Below are positions 25,096 through 32,577 of a DNA stretch of 58,128 bases, piece by piece; positions within the stretch are counted from its first letter, which is position 1; every line of letters begins with the position of its first letter. The translations under genes and the position numbers were made by a program. Origin of the DNA: a virus. The stretch is from positions 1 through 58,128 of IMG/VR virus record IMGVR_UViG_3300014488_000003. One strand, written 5' to 3'. Under the pieces are notes generated by a model that was not told the origin of the DNA, did no database searches, and saw only the letters and a program-made list of their open reading frames with translations.

Positions 25096-27581
25096 GCGGC
25101 CCATTCGAGTTAGCAGCTGCGGCCTATTTCGAGGCGGGTTGGAGCCCAATCCCCCTTCCGCCCCAGCAGAAATTCCCGCCCGCTGACGACTTCACCGGTA
25201 CAGCCGGTAAGTTTGTTGACGAGCTAACGCTTAAGCGCTGGCTGAAGGGTGGTAAGGCTTCGGCCGGGAAACTGTCTTGGTCTGCCTCGCGGGGGAACGT
25301 CGCGCTCCGGGTACCGCCTCGTGTCCTCGGAATCGACGTGGACATGTACGAGGGGAAGGCCGGACGCGAGACCTTCGAGAAAGCTAAGGCAGCCTGGGGC
25401 CCACTGCCGCCTACGTGGTACACCTCCTCGCGCTTCGACGGCTCGGGCATCCGCCTCTACCGGATACCGGAGGGCCTAGCGTGGCCGGGAAAGCTCCCGC
25501 AAGGCGGAGGGGTAGAGCTAGTCAGGTGGGATCATCGCTTTGCTATCGTCAGCCCCTCGATCCACGACAAGACCGGCGAGCCGTACGGCTGGTGGGTGGA
25601 GAGCAAAGACCTAGCTGAGGACGTGGCGGAAGACGACGCAAACGAATTTGGCTGGCGGTCGCTGACTGAGTTCCCCTCGATCGAAGACCTCCCCGAGTTA
25701 CCGCCCGAATGGGTTGAAGCGCTCACGAGCGGGAAGCTGTGGACTGAACGCGCTGCGGCCGATATGGACGCTGACGACGTCCGGCTGTGGCTCTCGGACC
25801 GGAACGGGCCGGAGCTTTGCGCTACGATGCGCGGGACGCTCACCCGGTACTCCCGCCTATTGCGGGCGGCTGGAGACGACGGAGGGTCGCACGACGTAGC
25901 GCGGGACGCAGCCTGGGCCGTGATTGGAGACGCGCACGCCGGGCACGCCGGAGTAGAGAAGGCGCTCTCGAAGCTCAAGAAGGTCTTCATCCCCGCTGTA
26001 GCGCGCCGGTCGGATAAGCGCCAGGCAACAGACGAGTGGGCCCGGATCGTTGTGCGTGGTGTGCAGAAGGTAGTGGCGGAGGGGGAGGCTGAGCGCGATG
26101 ATCTATGCGCAATGCTCCGTGATAGCAACAGCAATGGAGGGGACTCTGGCAGCGGAGAAGGCTCGGGCGGTAGCCCGCGCACAGGCTCGTCTCACCTACT
26201 GTTCGCCCGGACCGACGCCGGGAACGCGGAAAGGCTGGCCCTGGCTTATCGTGGTGAACAGATTTTTGTCGATGGCGTTGGCTGGCATATCTGGAACGCT
26301 GAGGAGCGCCGTTGGGTGCTGGATAAGAAGGGCCTCGTCAATCGGCGCGCTATCTCGGTCGCGCGCTCGATCACGGAGGAGGCTGAATACCTGGCGGAGG
26401 AGGACCCAAAGGAGTACGCGGAACTGAAGAAGTTCGCCCGAGCTTCGGAGAACCTGGGGAAGCTCCGCGCAATGGTCGATATCTGCAAAGACCTCTCGGG
26501 CATGACCGAGTCGTTGTCGGCCTTCGACGCGGACCCGGCGCGCCTCGGGCCGATCCTCCTGAAATCCAATCCGGGTGTCGAGGTCACACCCGCCCTCCCG
26601 GAGCATCGCGTCACGCTCCGCCTCGGAACTGAGTTTGTGCCCGGGGCTCGATCGCGTGAGTGGGACAAGTTCCTGAACCGGGCGCAGCCTGACCCAGAGG
26701 TGCGCGAGTGGCTACAACGGCTCGTGGGGTACTCCCTGTATGGGTCTAACCGGGATCGCCTCTTCGTCGCCAACCTAGGGGTGTCCTCCACAGGTAAGAC
26801 GACGTTCATGGAGTCGCTTCGTTCCGCGCTCGGCGAGTACGCGGCGGTTGTAAATATGACCGTGTACCGCGACAACCAAGATGACAAGCCCCGTCCTGAT
26901 ATCCTCCGCGCGCTTAGGAAACGGCTTCTCCTAAGTGAAGAGACCTCCCCCGCGTGGCACCTGCATGCGGATCAGGTGAAGCGGGTAACCGGTGGCGCGC
27001 CAGCCGTAGCGCGGGGGATGCGCTCGAACGACTTCGTGGAGACTGTACCAGCGTTCACGCCCTGGATCTTCGTCAACACCCCGCCCACTATTGAGGGCGC
27101 GGACGAGGCCGTGCTTAGGCGGCTGGTTGTTGTGCCCTGGGACGTGGTGATACCGAAGCGGTCGGAGGACTCGGCGCTCCGGGAGCGGCTCATGGCCGGA
27201 GACAATCAGAAAGCGGTCCTAGCGTGGTCGCTAGACGGCTGGACGGCGTACGCGGGTAACCCGGACCTAGAAGCCCCGCTGGCAACGATCCCGGCGCGGC
27301 AGAAGTTCCTCTCTGAGCTGAGTGATCTCGACCGGGCGCTGTGGGAGATTGCGGTGATCGAGGAGGAAGCTCATTGCCTTCCGATGCAACTGTATGGAGT
27401 CTACAAGCACTGGGCAAACCTGAATGGTATCCGGAACGTCGAGTCAGCTACAAAATTTGGTACATTCCTCTCTGGACGGGGGTATGAGAAAGTGAGGAAA
27501 AGGATCGACGGAAAGGTCACGTGGGTCCGCGTCGGAATCCGTATTTCTGCAGAATATGAGAGGATTTTTAGCAATTCCTAG
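25092..27581 (+). CDS. bifunctional primase-polymerase / D5-type primase-helicase
   Basis: N-terminal prim-pol-like AAAYFEAGWSPIPLPPQQK.P, central D5_N-like region, and Walker A GVSSTGKTT with Walker B LLSEE. Confidence 0.9.
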   Translation: MSGPFELAAAAYFEAGWSPIPLPPQQKFPPADDFTGTAGKFVDELTLKRWLKGGKASAGKLSWSASRGNVALRVPPRVLGIDVDMYEGKAGRETFEKAKAAWGPLPPTWYTSSRFDGSGIRLYRIPEGLAWPGKLPQGGGVELVRWDHRFAIVSPSIHDKTGEPYGWWVESKDLAEDVAEDDANEFGWRSLTEFPSIEDLPELPPEWVEALTSGKLWTERAAADMDADDVRLWLSDRNGPELCATMRGTLTRYSRLLRAAGDDGGSHDVARDAAWAVIGDAHAGHAGVEKALSKLKKVFIPAVARRSDKRQATDEWARIVVRGVQKVVAEGEAERDDLCAMLRDSNSNGGDSGSGEGSGGSPRTGSSHLLFARTDAGNAERLALAYRGEQIFVDGVGWHIWNAEERRWVLDKKGLVNRRAISVARSITEEAEYLAEEDPKEYAELKKFARASENLGKLRAMVDICKDLSGMTESLSAFDADPARLGPILLKSNPGVEVTPALPEHRVTLRLGTEFVPGARSREWDKFLNRAQPDPEVREWLQRLVGYSLYGSNRDRLFVANLGVSSTGKTTFMESLRSALGEYAAVVNMTVYRDNQDDKPRPDILRALRKRLLLSEETSPAWHLHADQVKRVTGGAPAVARGMRSNDFVETVPAFTPWIFVNTPPTIEGADEAVLRRLVVVPWDVVIPKRSEDSALRERLMAGDNQKAVLAWSLDGWTAYAGNPDLEAPLATIPARQKFLSELSDLDRALWEIAVIEEEAHCLPMQLYGVYKHWANLNGIRNVESATKFGTFLSGRGYEKVRKRIDGKVTWVRVGIRISAEYERIFSNS

Positions 27582-27584
27582 TCA

Positions 27585-27614
27585 GCTACGAACCCGGCTA
27601 CGAACCCGGCTACG
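27585..27614 (+). repeat. tandem repeat GCTACGAACCCG x2.5
   Basis: gctacgaacccg gctacgaacccg gctacg read directly. Confidence 0.85.
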
Positions 27615-27636
27615 CTCGGAAAATGCACAGCTGGGT

Positions 27637-27688
27637 GTAGCTGGGTTGGGACTGGGACGTAGCTGGGTTCAAATGGCAACCCAGCTAC
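27637..27688. repeat. iteron-like 11-mers GTAGCTGGGTT (27637, 27659) and inverted AACCCAGCTAC (27678)
   Basis: Exact copies. Further copies at 27726-27736 (GTAGCTAGGTT, one mismatch) and 27846-27856 (AACCCAGCTAC). Confidence 0.8.
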
Positions 27689-27870
27689 GCTGTTTCTGCA
27701 GGTCGGAGTGTATATTTACTACTTCGTAGCTAGGTTAGATTAAATATTAGTAAGTAGAGAAGAAGTATATAGCGTTTACCTGCTAAAACGTAATAGAAAG
27801 ATCGAATAGCGCCTCGCGTTTCGCGTATACGTACTAAGTGAAATGAACCCAGCTACCAAGATCGCGATTT

Positions 27871-27885
27871 CTGCAGTTTCAAACT
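27871..27885 (+). promoter_or_regulatory. promoter-like motif TTTCTGCAGT-TTC-AAACT
   Basis: Same TTCTGCAGT word as at 1111, 1136 and 2282. About 26 nt upstream of GTG 27911. Confidence 0.4.
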
Positions 27886-27910
27886 GCAGACGAACGGATG
27901 GAGAATTGTT

Positions 27911-28144
27911 GTGGCTTATCGGAAAGCACCAAAGGGACATACTGAGTTTGGTGGTGGCCCCGGATTGATAGATCCGGAGAGCCGGAAGGACCGCAATCTG
28001 ACGAATGAGGAGGAGTTGTACGAGATGTACGCCTCCAATCCGAACGACGCGAAGACGCCGATGGCCGAGGTTGACTTGGAGTACCGGCCTCTGCCCAAGC
28101 CGACCGAGTGGGACGACCCGACTACAGCGAAGGGGACCGAGTGA
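27911..28144 (+). CDS. hypothetical protein (77 aa)
   Basis: GTG 8 nt after GGATGGAG. Confidence 0.6.
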   Translation: MAYRKAPKGHTEFGGGPGLIDPESRKDRNLTNEEELYEMYASNPNDAKTPMAEVDLEYRPLPKPTEWDDPTTAKGTE

Positions 28145-28401
28145 TGGTCCCGTTTCAGCTCGACTACAGAGGGAAGAGCTACAAGCTTCCGGACGATCCG
28201 GAAGTGAGGAGGTTTGTCCGGGATATCGCTGCGGCGAGCTTTGAGATCCTGGAGGAGCTTGGCGTTGGGTTATGTGGCCAGAGAGGCGACCACGAGCCGC
28301 ACTACCACGAGAGCGCTAGCCTCGGCGCGTTCCGCTGCCCAGGGTGGGAAGCGGACAGGCTTCCCGGGAAGGCCGAGCGAGCGCGGAGGGCCAATGCCTA
28401 G
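28144..28401 (+). CDS. hypothetical protein with C-x5-H-x-P-H...CPG motif
   Basis: TGATG overlap. LCGQRGDHEPHYHESASLGAFRCPGW. Confidence 0.6.
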   Translation: MVPFQLDYRGKSYKLPDDPEVRRFVRDIAAASFEILEELGVGLCGQRGDHEPHYHESASLGAFRCPGWEADRLPGKAERARRANA

Positions 28402-28531
28402 GTTCACGTGCTGGCGACCCTGGCGCCACCGACCGCATGTCGTCCTCGGGGCGGATCTCGGCTATGAGGGCTTTGTGGACGCGCTCTGCACCGGGCACAA
28501 TACCAAACGCGACTTCCGGCTAACGAGGTAG
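28394..28531 (+). CDS. hypothetical small protein with C-x5-H-x-P-H...CTG motif (45 aa)
   Basis: ATG after GGAGGG. TCWRPWRHRPH...ALCTG. Confidence 0.45.
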   Translation: MPRFTCWRPWRHRPHVVLGADLGYEGFVDALCTGHNTKRDFRLTR

Positions 28532-28533
28532 CT

Positions 28534-28725
28534 ATGGCTATTCCAGCTCATGACCTATTCGGCTGCTACGACCGCGACGGGCAGTGCTATTGTCCGGTCC
28601 ATAATCGCTACCGCATGAAACTCAATCCAGATGGATCGCACGAGTGCGGAGTACGGGGCTGCCCAGAGAGGATCGAGCCAAGGAAGACGTCAGGAGACGT
28701 GTCTCCGATGAACATCAATATGTGA
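28534..28725 (+). CDS. hypothetical Cys/His-rich protein (63 aa)
   Basis: ORF from the track. GCYDRDGQCYCPVH ... HECGVRGC. Confidence 0.55.
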   Translation: MAIPAHDLFGCYDRDGQCYCPVHNRYRMKLNPDGSHECGVRGCPERIEPRKTSGDVSPMNINM

Positions 28726-28737
28726 GGAAGGAATCCC

Positions 28738-28917
28738 ATGCCCAATGTCTGGATCTCAGTTGGGTTCGATCACCAAAACGAGGCGGAGTTCAAACTACAG
28801 GACCCCGTGCTAGTCGACGACCCTACAGACCGGGTCCTCCAGCTCATTGACCGTGCGGCCGAAGACGCCAAGCAGTGGGCTCGCAACCAGCGCGGAAAGG
28901 TGGGAGAGGGTGACTGA
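28738..28917 (+). CDS. hypothetical protein (59 aa)
   Basis: ATG after GAGGAAGGAA. Just below the track length cutoff. Confidence 0.5.
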   Translation: MPNVWISVGFDHQNEAEFKLQDPVLVDDPTDRVLQLIDRAAEDAKQWARNQRGKVGEGD

Positions 28918-29386
28918 GCCGACGCGGCCTCCGAGAGAGCAATGCTGGCGCTTCTGGCGGCACAACCCGCACACCCATCGAGAGGCCGGGAGTCTGCTCT
29001 ACTGTCCCGGGCTAGCTCGGGGAACTAACGAGAGCGCGACCCATACGATCTCGCGGCTGTTTCTCGACGTTTTGTGGCTCGGTACAACACCAAGCACTTG
29101 GCTCCAGTTCTACTCCCTCCAAGATCGCGACCGGCGTGAAAGCGTCAATCTGGAGGCGGGTGTTTGGCCCGAAGACACGCTAGGCCAGATCAGGATACGG
29201 CGAGCCGGAGCCCAGAACTTCGTCAGGATACCGATCGAGGAATGGACGCCAATACCTGGCCTCCTCCGGGCGCAGGTAATCTGTAGGCCAGACTGGGAGG
29301 TTGGAGACTTCGTCTTACGCCACCCTCGGGGCTGGAACGGGAACCTATCGACCGTTGACCCTTCGCCCACGATTGTGAAGAAGTAA
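28910..29386 (+). CDS. hypothetical protein with C-x5-H-x-P-H...CPG motif
   Basis: GTG after GGGAGAGG. QCWRFWRHNPHTHREAGSLLYCPG. Confidence 0.6.
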   Translation: MTEPTRPPREQCWRFWRHNPHTHREAGSLLYCPGLARGTNESATHTISRLFLDVLWLGTTPSTWLQFYSLQDRDRRESVNLEAGVWPEDTLGQIRIRRAGAQNFVRIPIEEWTPIPGLLRAQVICRPDWEVGDFVLRHPRGWNGNLSTVDPSPTIVKK

Positions 29387-29619
29387 TGGCACGGGACAGG
29401 CGGTGTGGCTATCGCGGCTGCACCGCCAAGCCCCGACCAAACGCCAAACGATGCCAGGAGCACCATGGCTGGAAGCTCGAAGCGGCCGACCGAGGAGAGC
29501 GCCCGCCGAAGCCTTCGCGGGGAACGATGTGGTGCGATCCCTGCCAGCAATGGGTCGATAGCTTTCTTCACTTCCCGACTCGCTCCATCAGTCGTCCTGG
29601 TCTATCATCGTCCGCGTGA
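29386..29619 (+). CDS. hypothetical Cys/His-rich protein (77 aa)
   Basis: TAATG overlap. CGYRGC...RCQEHH resembles the zinc-binding N-terminus of HNH-type proteins, but there is no HNH core. Confidence 0.5.
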   Translation: MARDRRCGYRGCTAKPRPNAKRCQEHHGWKLEAADRGERPPKPSRGTMWCDPCQQWVDSFLHFPTRSISRPGLSSSA

Positions 29620-29629
29620 GGGGAAGAAA

Positions 29630-29914
29630 GTGCATCACCTGCAGCGAAACACGGGTGATAACAAATCCGCTTCAGCTACGGATGATGCTGGAGTGCATGG
29701 GGCGCCGAGGAGTCATACGACTTCAGAGTATCGAAATTCCAAAGAGGGCCAGAACGACGTGAAAGAGCAGATCGTGGATTGGGAGATGGACTCGGGGCTC
29801 GATGAAGAGCCCGAGTCCGACCCCACAGACATTGAAGCCATATACAATCGACCGCTATCCCCGAAGGAGCAGATCTGTGAACAATGCAGAATTCCCGTAC
29901 CTTGTTGGTGTTGA
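29630..29914 (+). CDS. hypothetical acidic protein with C-terminal CxxC...CxC
   Basis: GTG after GAGGGGAAG. Only the 3' part of ORF 29405..29914 looks coding. Confidence 0.5.
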   Translation: MHHLQRNTGDNKSASATDDAGVHGAPRSHTTSEYRNSKEGQNDVKEQIVDWEMDSGLDEEPESDPTDIEAIYNRPLSPKEQICEQCRIPVPCWC

Positions 29915-29942
29915 GGGCTTCTCTGCGCGAGATTCCAAAGGG

Positions 29943-30398
29943 ATGGCTGAGGCGAAGGCCGGACAGTGCCCTCATCCCGTCTGGGTCACGCGCATCTTGG
30001 GCGGGGAGCCGCTGAGCGTGAGTATCTGCCAGCTGTGCGGAGACGTTAATTGGAAGCAGCTCCGGGAAGACTTCAAGGAGGCCGCTGCACTAGACTACAT
30101 GAGTTTCCTGAAGAACACGCTAACCGGAGCCTTCGCTTCAGAGGACCGATCGGTCGTCAACTGGCAGGGCCAGAACTACATCAAGCAGCCTGACCCGGCG
30201 AAGGACACAGAGGAGTGTCCCGAAGACGCCGCACGACGCTACGCGCGACAGCTCTTGGAGCTTCAAGAGGGGCTGAAGGAGCGCGGAGTAAACCTCGATA
30301 ACATCTGTGAGGACCACCTGGTCAAGGTGGCCTTGGAGTGCTGGGACGAGGCAATTGATGTAATCAAACGAATCGGATCTAGACCTAGTAATGCCTAG
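29943..30398 (+). CDS. hypothetical protein
   Basis: First ATG after the upstream stop. GTG 29877 is an alternative start. Confidence 0.55.
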   Translation: MAEAKAGQCPHPVWVTRILGGEPLSVSICQLCGDVNWKQLREDFKEAAALDYMSFLKNTLTGAFASEDRSVVNWQGQNYIKQPDPAKDTEECPEDAARRYARQLLELQEGLKERGVNLDNICEDHLVKVALECWDEAIDVIKRIGSRPSNA

Positions 30399-30495
30399 CA
30401 ACAAGATGCTAGCCGCGCTAGCCATCTCGATCCTCCTCGGAATCGTGATGGGCTATCTGTGTACGGCCGCTGAGCGCTCGGGGGTAACCCCCTGA
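30391..30495 (+). CDS. micro-ORF, single-TM peptide (34 aa)
   Basis: ATG overlaps the upstream stop. LAALAISILLGIVMGYL. Confidence 0.35.
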   Translation: MPSNKMLAALAISILLGIVMGYLCTAAERSGVTP

Positions 30496-30614
30496 TGCGG
30501 GCGTTTTGGGTAATCACTATTGCCGTGCTGTTTGTAGTATTCGTGGCCTGGCAGTGCAACGGAGCCTCGAAGCGTATGGAGGGAGTCAGCAGCATTGAAC
30601 TCGGTGAAGCATGA
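30495..30614 (+). CDS. micro-ORF, single-TM peptide (39 aa)
   Basis: TGATG overlap. FWVITIAVLFVVFVAW. Confidence 0.3.
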   Translation: MRAFWVITIAVLFVVFVAWQCNGASKRMEGVSSIELGEA

Positions 30615-30945
30615 GACCACAGTCACCTTCGTGGGCGAGGACCGGCGCGTCTCCGATCCCATCGCAGTCCCGCTGTGGAGCACGGTCACCCTATCGGATC
30701 GCCCCGGTCGGCCGATGATATACATGGGCGCTTCGAAGATGGTTTTGTACTCTGGACCCTATGAGGTCGATGGCAAGCAGTACCCGGCTCCGGCGATGCG
30801 GCTGGTGACAGCGGAGACCCGTTTGCTCCCGAGGCCAAAGCCAAAGCGTCGCCGGAAGGTCACCGTGCCGCTTTGGTTCGCCATCCTCTTCGGAATTACG
30901 TTCTGCAGCACATACATGGCTATGATCTGGTTTGCAATCTACTAG
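30595..30945 (+). CDS. hypothetical protein with C-terminal TM segment
   Basis: ORF from the track. Start uncertain (TTG 30595 or GTG 30604). PLWFAILFGITFCSTYMAMIWFAIY. Confidence 0.6.
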   Translation: MNSVKHETTVTFVGEDRRVSDPIAVPLWSTVTLSDRPGRPMIYMGASKMVLYSGPYEVDGKQYPAPAMRLVTAETRLLPRPKPKRRRKVTVPLWFAILFGITFCSTYMAMIWFAIY

Positions 30946-31153
30946 CGGCACGTCTGCACCCCAGGCTACCGTCGTCGGCGTGAAAACGTTTTTTGTGGTG
31001 GTCGTGTTCTACGCGGTTTGCGTGATTGTGTCGCGCGTGGTGGCCTGGATTCTGGACAGTGACCCTGACAGGACACTTCTGTACATCCTACTAGCGTCGG
31101 TCGCATCGATCTTCGTGAAGGTGATGAAAATCGAAGACAAACTGCAGAACTAG
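30932..31153 (+). CDS. hypothetical membrane protein
   Basis: Two hydrophobic segments. Start uncertain (GTG 30980 possible). Confidence 0.5.
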   Translation: MQSTSGTSAPQATVVGVKTFFVVVVFYAVCVIVSRVVAWILDSDPDRTLLYILLASVASIFVKVMKIEDKLQN

Positions 31154-31158
31154 CCAAA

Positions 31159-31176
31159 CTGCAGTCGATCTCGTAT
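31159..31176 (+). promoter_or_regulatory. promoter-like motif CTGCAGT-N5-TCGTAT
   Basis: aaactgcag occurs twice (31140-31148 and 31156-31164). About 25 nt upstream of ATG 31202. Confidence 0.4.
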
Positions 31177-31201
31177 GCTTGTACCAAGGAGGGAGGGCGA
31201 G

Positions 31202-31381
31202 ATGATCAAGACGAGTGTATCAGCGATGGCAGTCACAGTTGTGACCGTGGTTTCCTTGCTGGCTGAGAGTTGCGGCGGTGGGCCGACCGGAGATCGCAAC
31301 GAGCGGCCTCCGACGCCAACGGGGTGCAGGACGGACGCGGCAGGGAACCTGGATTGCCCGCTGCAGACTGGGAGGGGATGA
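31202..31381 (+). CDS. secreted protein or possible lipoprotein (59 aa)
   Basis: ATG after GGAGGGAGGG. Signal-like AMAVTVVTVVSLLAESC followed by GGG (weak lipobox). Confidence 0.5.
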   Translation: MIKTSVSAMAVTVVTVVSLLAESCGGGPTGDRNERPPTPTGCRTDAAGNLDCPLQTGRG

Positions 31382-31566
31382 AGATGAGCCGTCGTATGCT
31401 ACTGGGTATCCTGATGGTCGTGATCGCGATCGGGTTCGCGCTCCTGGCTGGCGCGCTCGATGACCACGGCCGCTGGGGCGGGTACCTTCCTGCTCTGCAC
31501 TATGGGCCCCTCATCGTTCTGTTCCTGGCGGGCTCGTTGGTGATGCCACATGGTCGTCGCCGATGA
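31378..31566 (+). CDS. small two-TM membrane protein
   Basis: ATGA overlap. LLGILMVVIAIGFALLAGAL and GPLIVLFLAGSLV. Confidence 0.55.
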   Translation: MKMSRRMLLGILMVVIAIGFALLAGALDDHGRWGGYLPALHYGPLIVLFLAGSLVMPHGRRR

Positions 31567-31970
31567 GCCAGAGCTCTTTCCAGCGGACTAGCTTCCGCTT
31601 CGATATGATGCCCTGGAAGCTAGTCTTCTGTGAGGTGGCCTGTGCGAATTGTCCCTTTGGACACTTCTTCCTGATCAAGGATCTTCCTGACCCGCCCGAA
31701 CCGGGACGGGTACCGAAGGACGTAGATCACCTGCACATCGTACCGAAGCTTTCCGGCGAGCGCGACGCGCGTGAAGAGGAGAAGTGGCGCGCCCTGCTGT
31801 GGGGAACGGCTCGTTGCGACCACGGAAGGCTGCCCGGGGATCGCTGCAGAGGATGCGGAGCGTTTGCGCCAAACATGGAGGGTGTCCGGATAGGTACCAC
31901 CTCGGGGCAGAAGGCCATCATCATCCCGACGCGCGAGGAAATGAAGGACATTGCTAAGTGGTTCCGCTAG
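31563..31970 (+). CDS. hypothetical Cys-rich protein
   Basis: ATGA overlap. CEVACANCPFGH and CDHG...CRGC. Confidence 0.65.
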   Translation: MSQSSFQRTSFRFDMMPWKLVFCEVACANCPFGHFFLIKDLPDPPEPGRVPKDVDHLHIVPKLSGERDAREEEKWRALLWGTARCDHGRLPGDRCRGCGAFAPNMEGVRIGTTSGQKAIIIPTREEMKDIAKWFR

Positions 31971-32016
31971 CGGCAATTTCAACAGCCGTCTAGACTGAAC
32001 TCAGAAAGGGTGAGAG

Positions 32017-32262
32017 ATGAGCCTGAAGACGATTGACTTCCGTTCCGCGCGGCACCTGAGCCCCGTGAGTGTTGACCCGCTCCGGGAGCCAGACCTGAGG
32101 ACGCTGCTGCGTGGCAAGGCGGTCGGTGGACCGCTGAACGGGGCAAAGATCGAAGGTCCGGTTAACTGGAATGGCGTGGTTGGCCGGGGGTCTCTCGCAA
32201 AGCCGTATCCAGGCCGGTACGTGTACAAAACGGGACGCATCTGGGTATGGCAGGAAGAGTAA
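32017..32262 (+). CDS. hypothetical protein (81 aa)
   Basis: ATG immediately after GAAAGGGTGAGAG. Confidence 0.6.
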   Translation: MSLKTIDFRSARHLSPVSVDPLREPDLRTLLRGKAVGGPLNGAKIEGPVNWNGVVGRGSLAKPYPGRYVYKTGRIWVWQEE

Positions 32263-32288
32263 CACCCCATCACCAGGGCTCGCGATCG

Positions 32289-32302
32289 GGTAGGATCGAT
32301 CC
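32289..32302. promoter_or_regulatory. GGTAGGATCGATCC motif (contains TAGGAT -10-like hexamer and GGATCGATCC palindrome)
   Basis: Identical 14-mer at 54170-54183. 32 nt upstream of ATG 32334. Confidence 0.45.
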
Positions 32303-32333
32303 GAGCTTAAAACAACAATCTGTAGGAGGAACC

Positions 32334-32483
32334 ATGACGCAGGCCGACTTCCGTGAGCCGGGCGAGCCGAAGAATGAGCAGAACGACGCCGTCGGCAACG
32401 ACCAGGGCACCGAGGCCAGCGACCGCAACACCGAGGTGATGAGCGACGCGGAGCGCGACGCCACCGGCTCGGACGAGGACTGA
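32334..32483 (+). CDS. small highly acidic protein (49 aa)
   Basis: ATG after GTAGGAGGAA. 15 D/E versus 4 K/R. Own terminator downstream. Confidence 0.55.
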   Translation: MTQADFREPGEPKNEQNDAVGNDQGTEASDRNTEVMSDAERDATGSDED

Positions 32484-32502
32484 CACTACCCTTCCCCCGG
32501 GT

Positions 32503-32538
32503 GAACAGGGAGCTACCCCGCCAGGTGGCTCCCTGTTC
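32503..32538 (+). terminator. stem-loop terminator (11-bp stem)
   Basis: gaacagggagc ... gctccctgttc. Confidence 0.65.
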
Positions 32539-32577
32539 CATTCCTCCAGGTATGCTTAGGCAGACCGGAGGTGTGAG

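Larger units (their letters stand above)
27582..27910. promoter_or_regulatory. putative replication origin plus promoter region (iterons and AT-rich core)
   Basis: 329-bp non-coding gap after the primase-helicase gene. Carries 12-bp tandem repeats, five copies of an 11-mer in both orientations, and an AT-rich stretch at about 27705-27835. Confidence 0.55.

Noticed and set aside
27659-27688. Inverted 11-mers GTAGCTGGGTT/AACCCAGCTAC as a simple terminator of the primase gene
   Set aside because: The same 11-mer recurs three more times in both orientations over 220 bp and next to tandem 12-mers. That is better explained by protein-binding iterons, although the hairpin could also terminate transcription.
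29405-29629. The 5' two thirds of ORF 29405..29914 as coding sequence
   Set aside because: This part is an Ala/Pro/Ser/Arg-rich off-frame read of 29386..29619. Only the part after GTG 29630 (which has an RBS) looks like a real protein.
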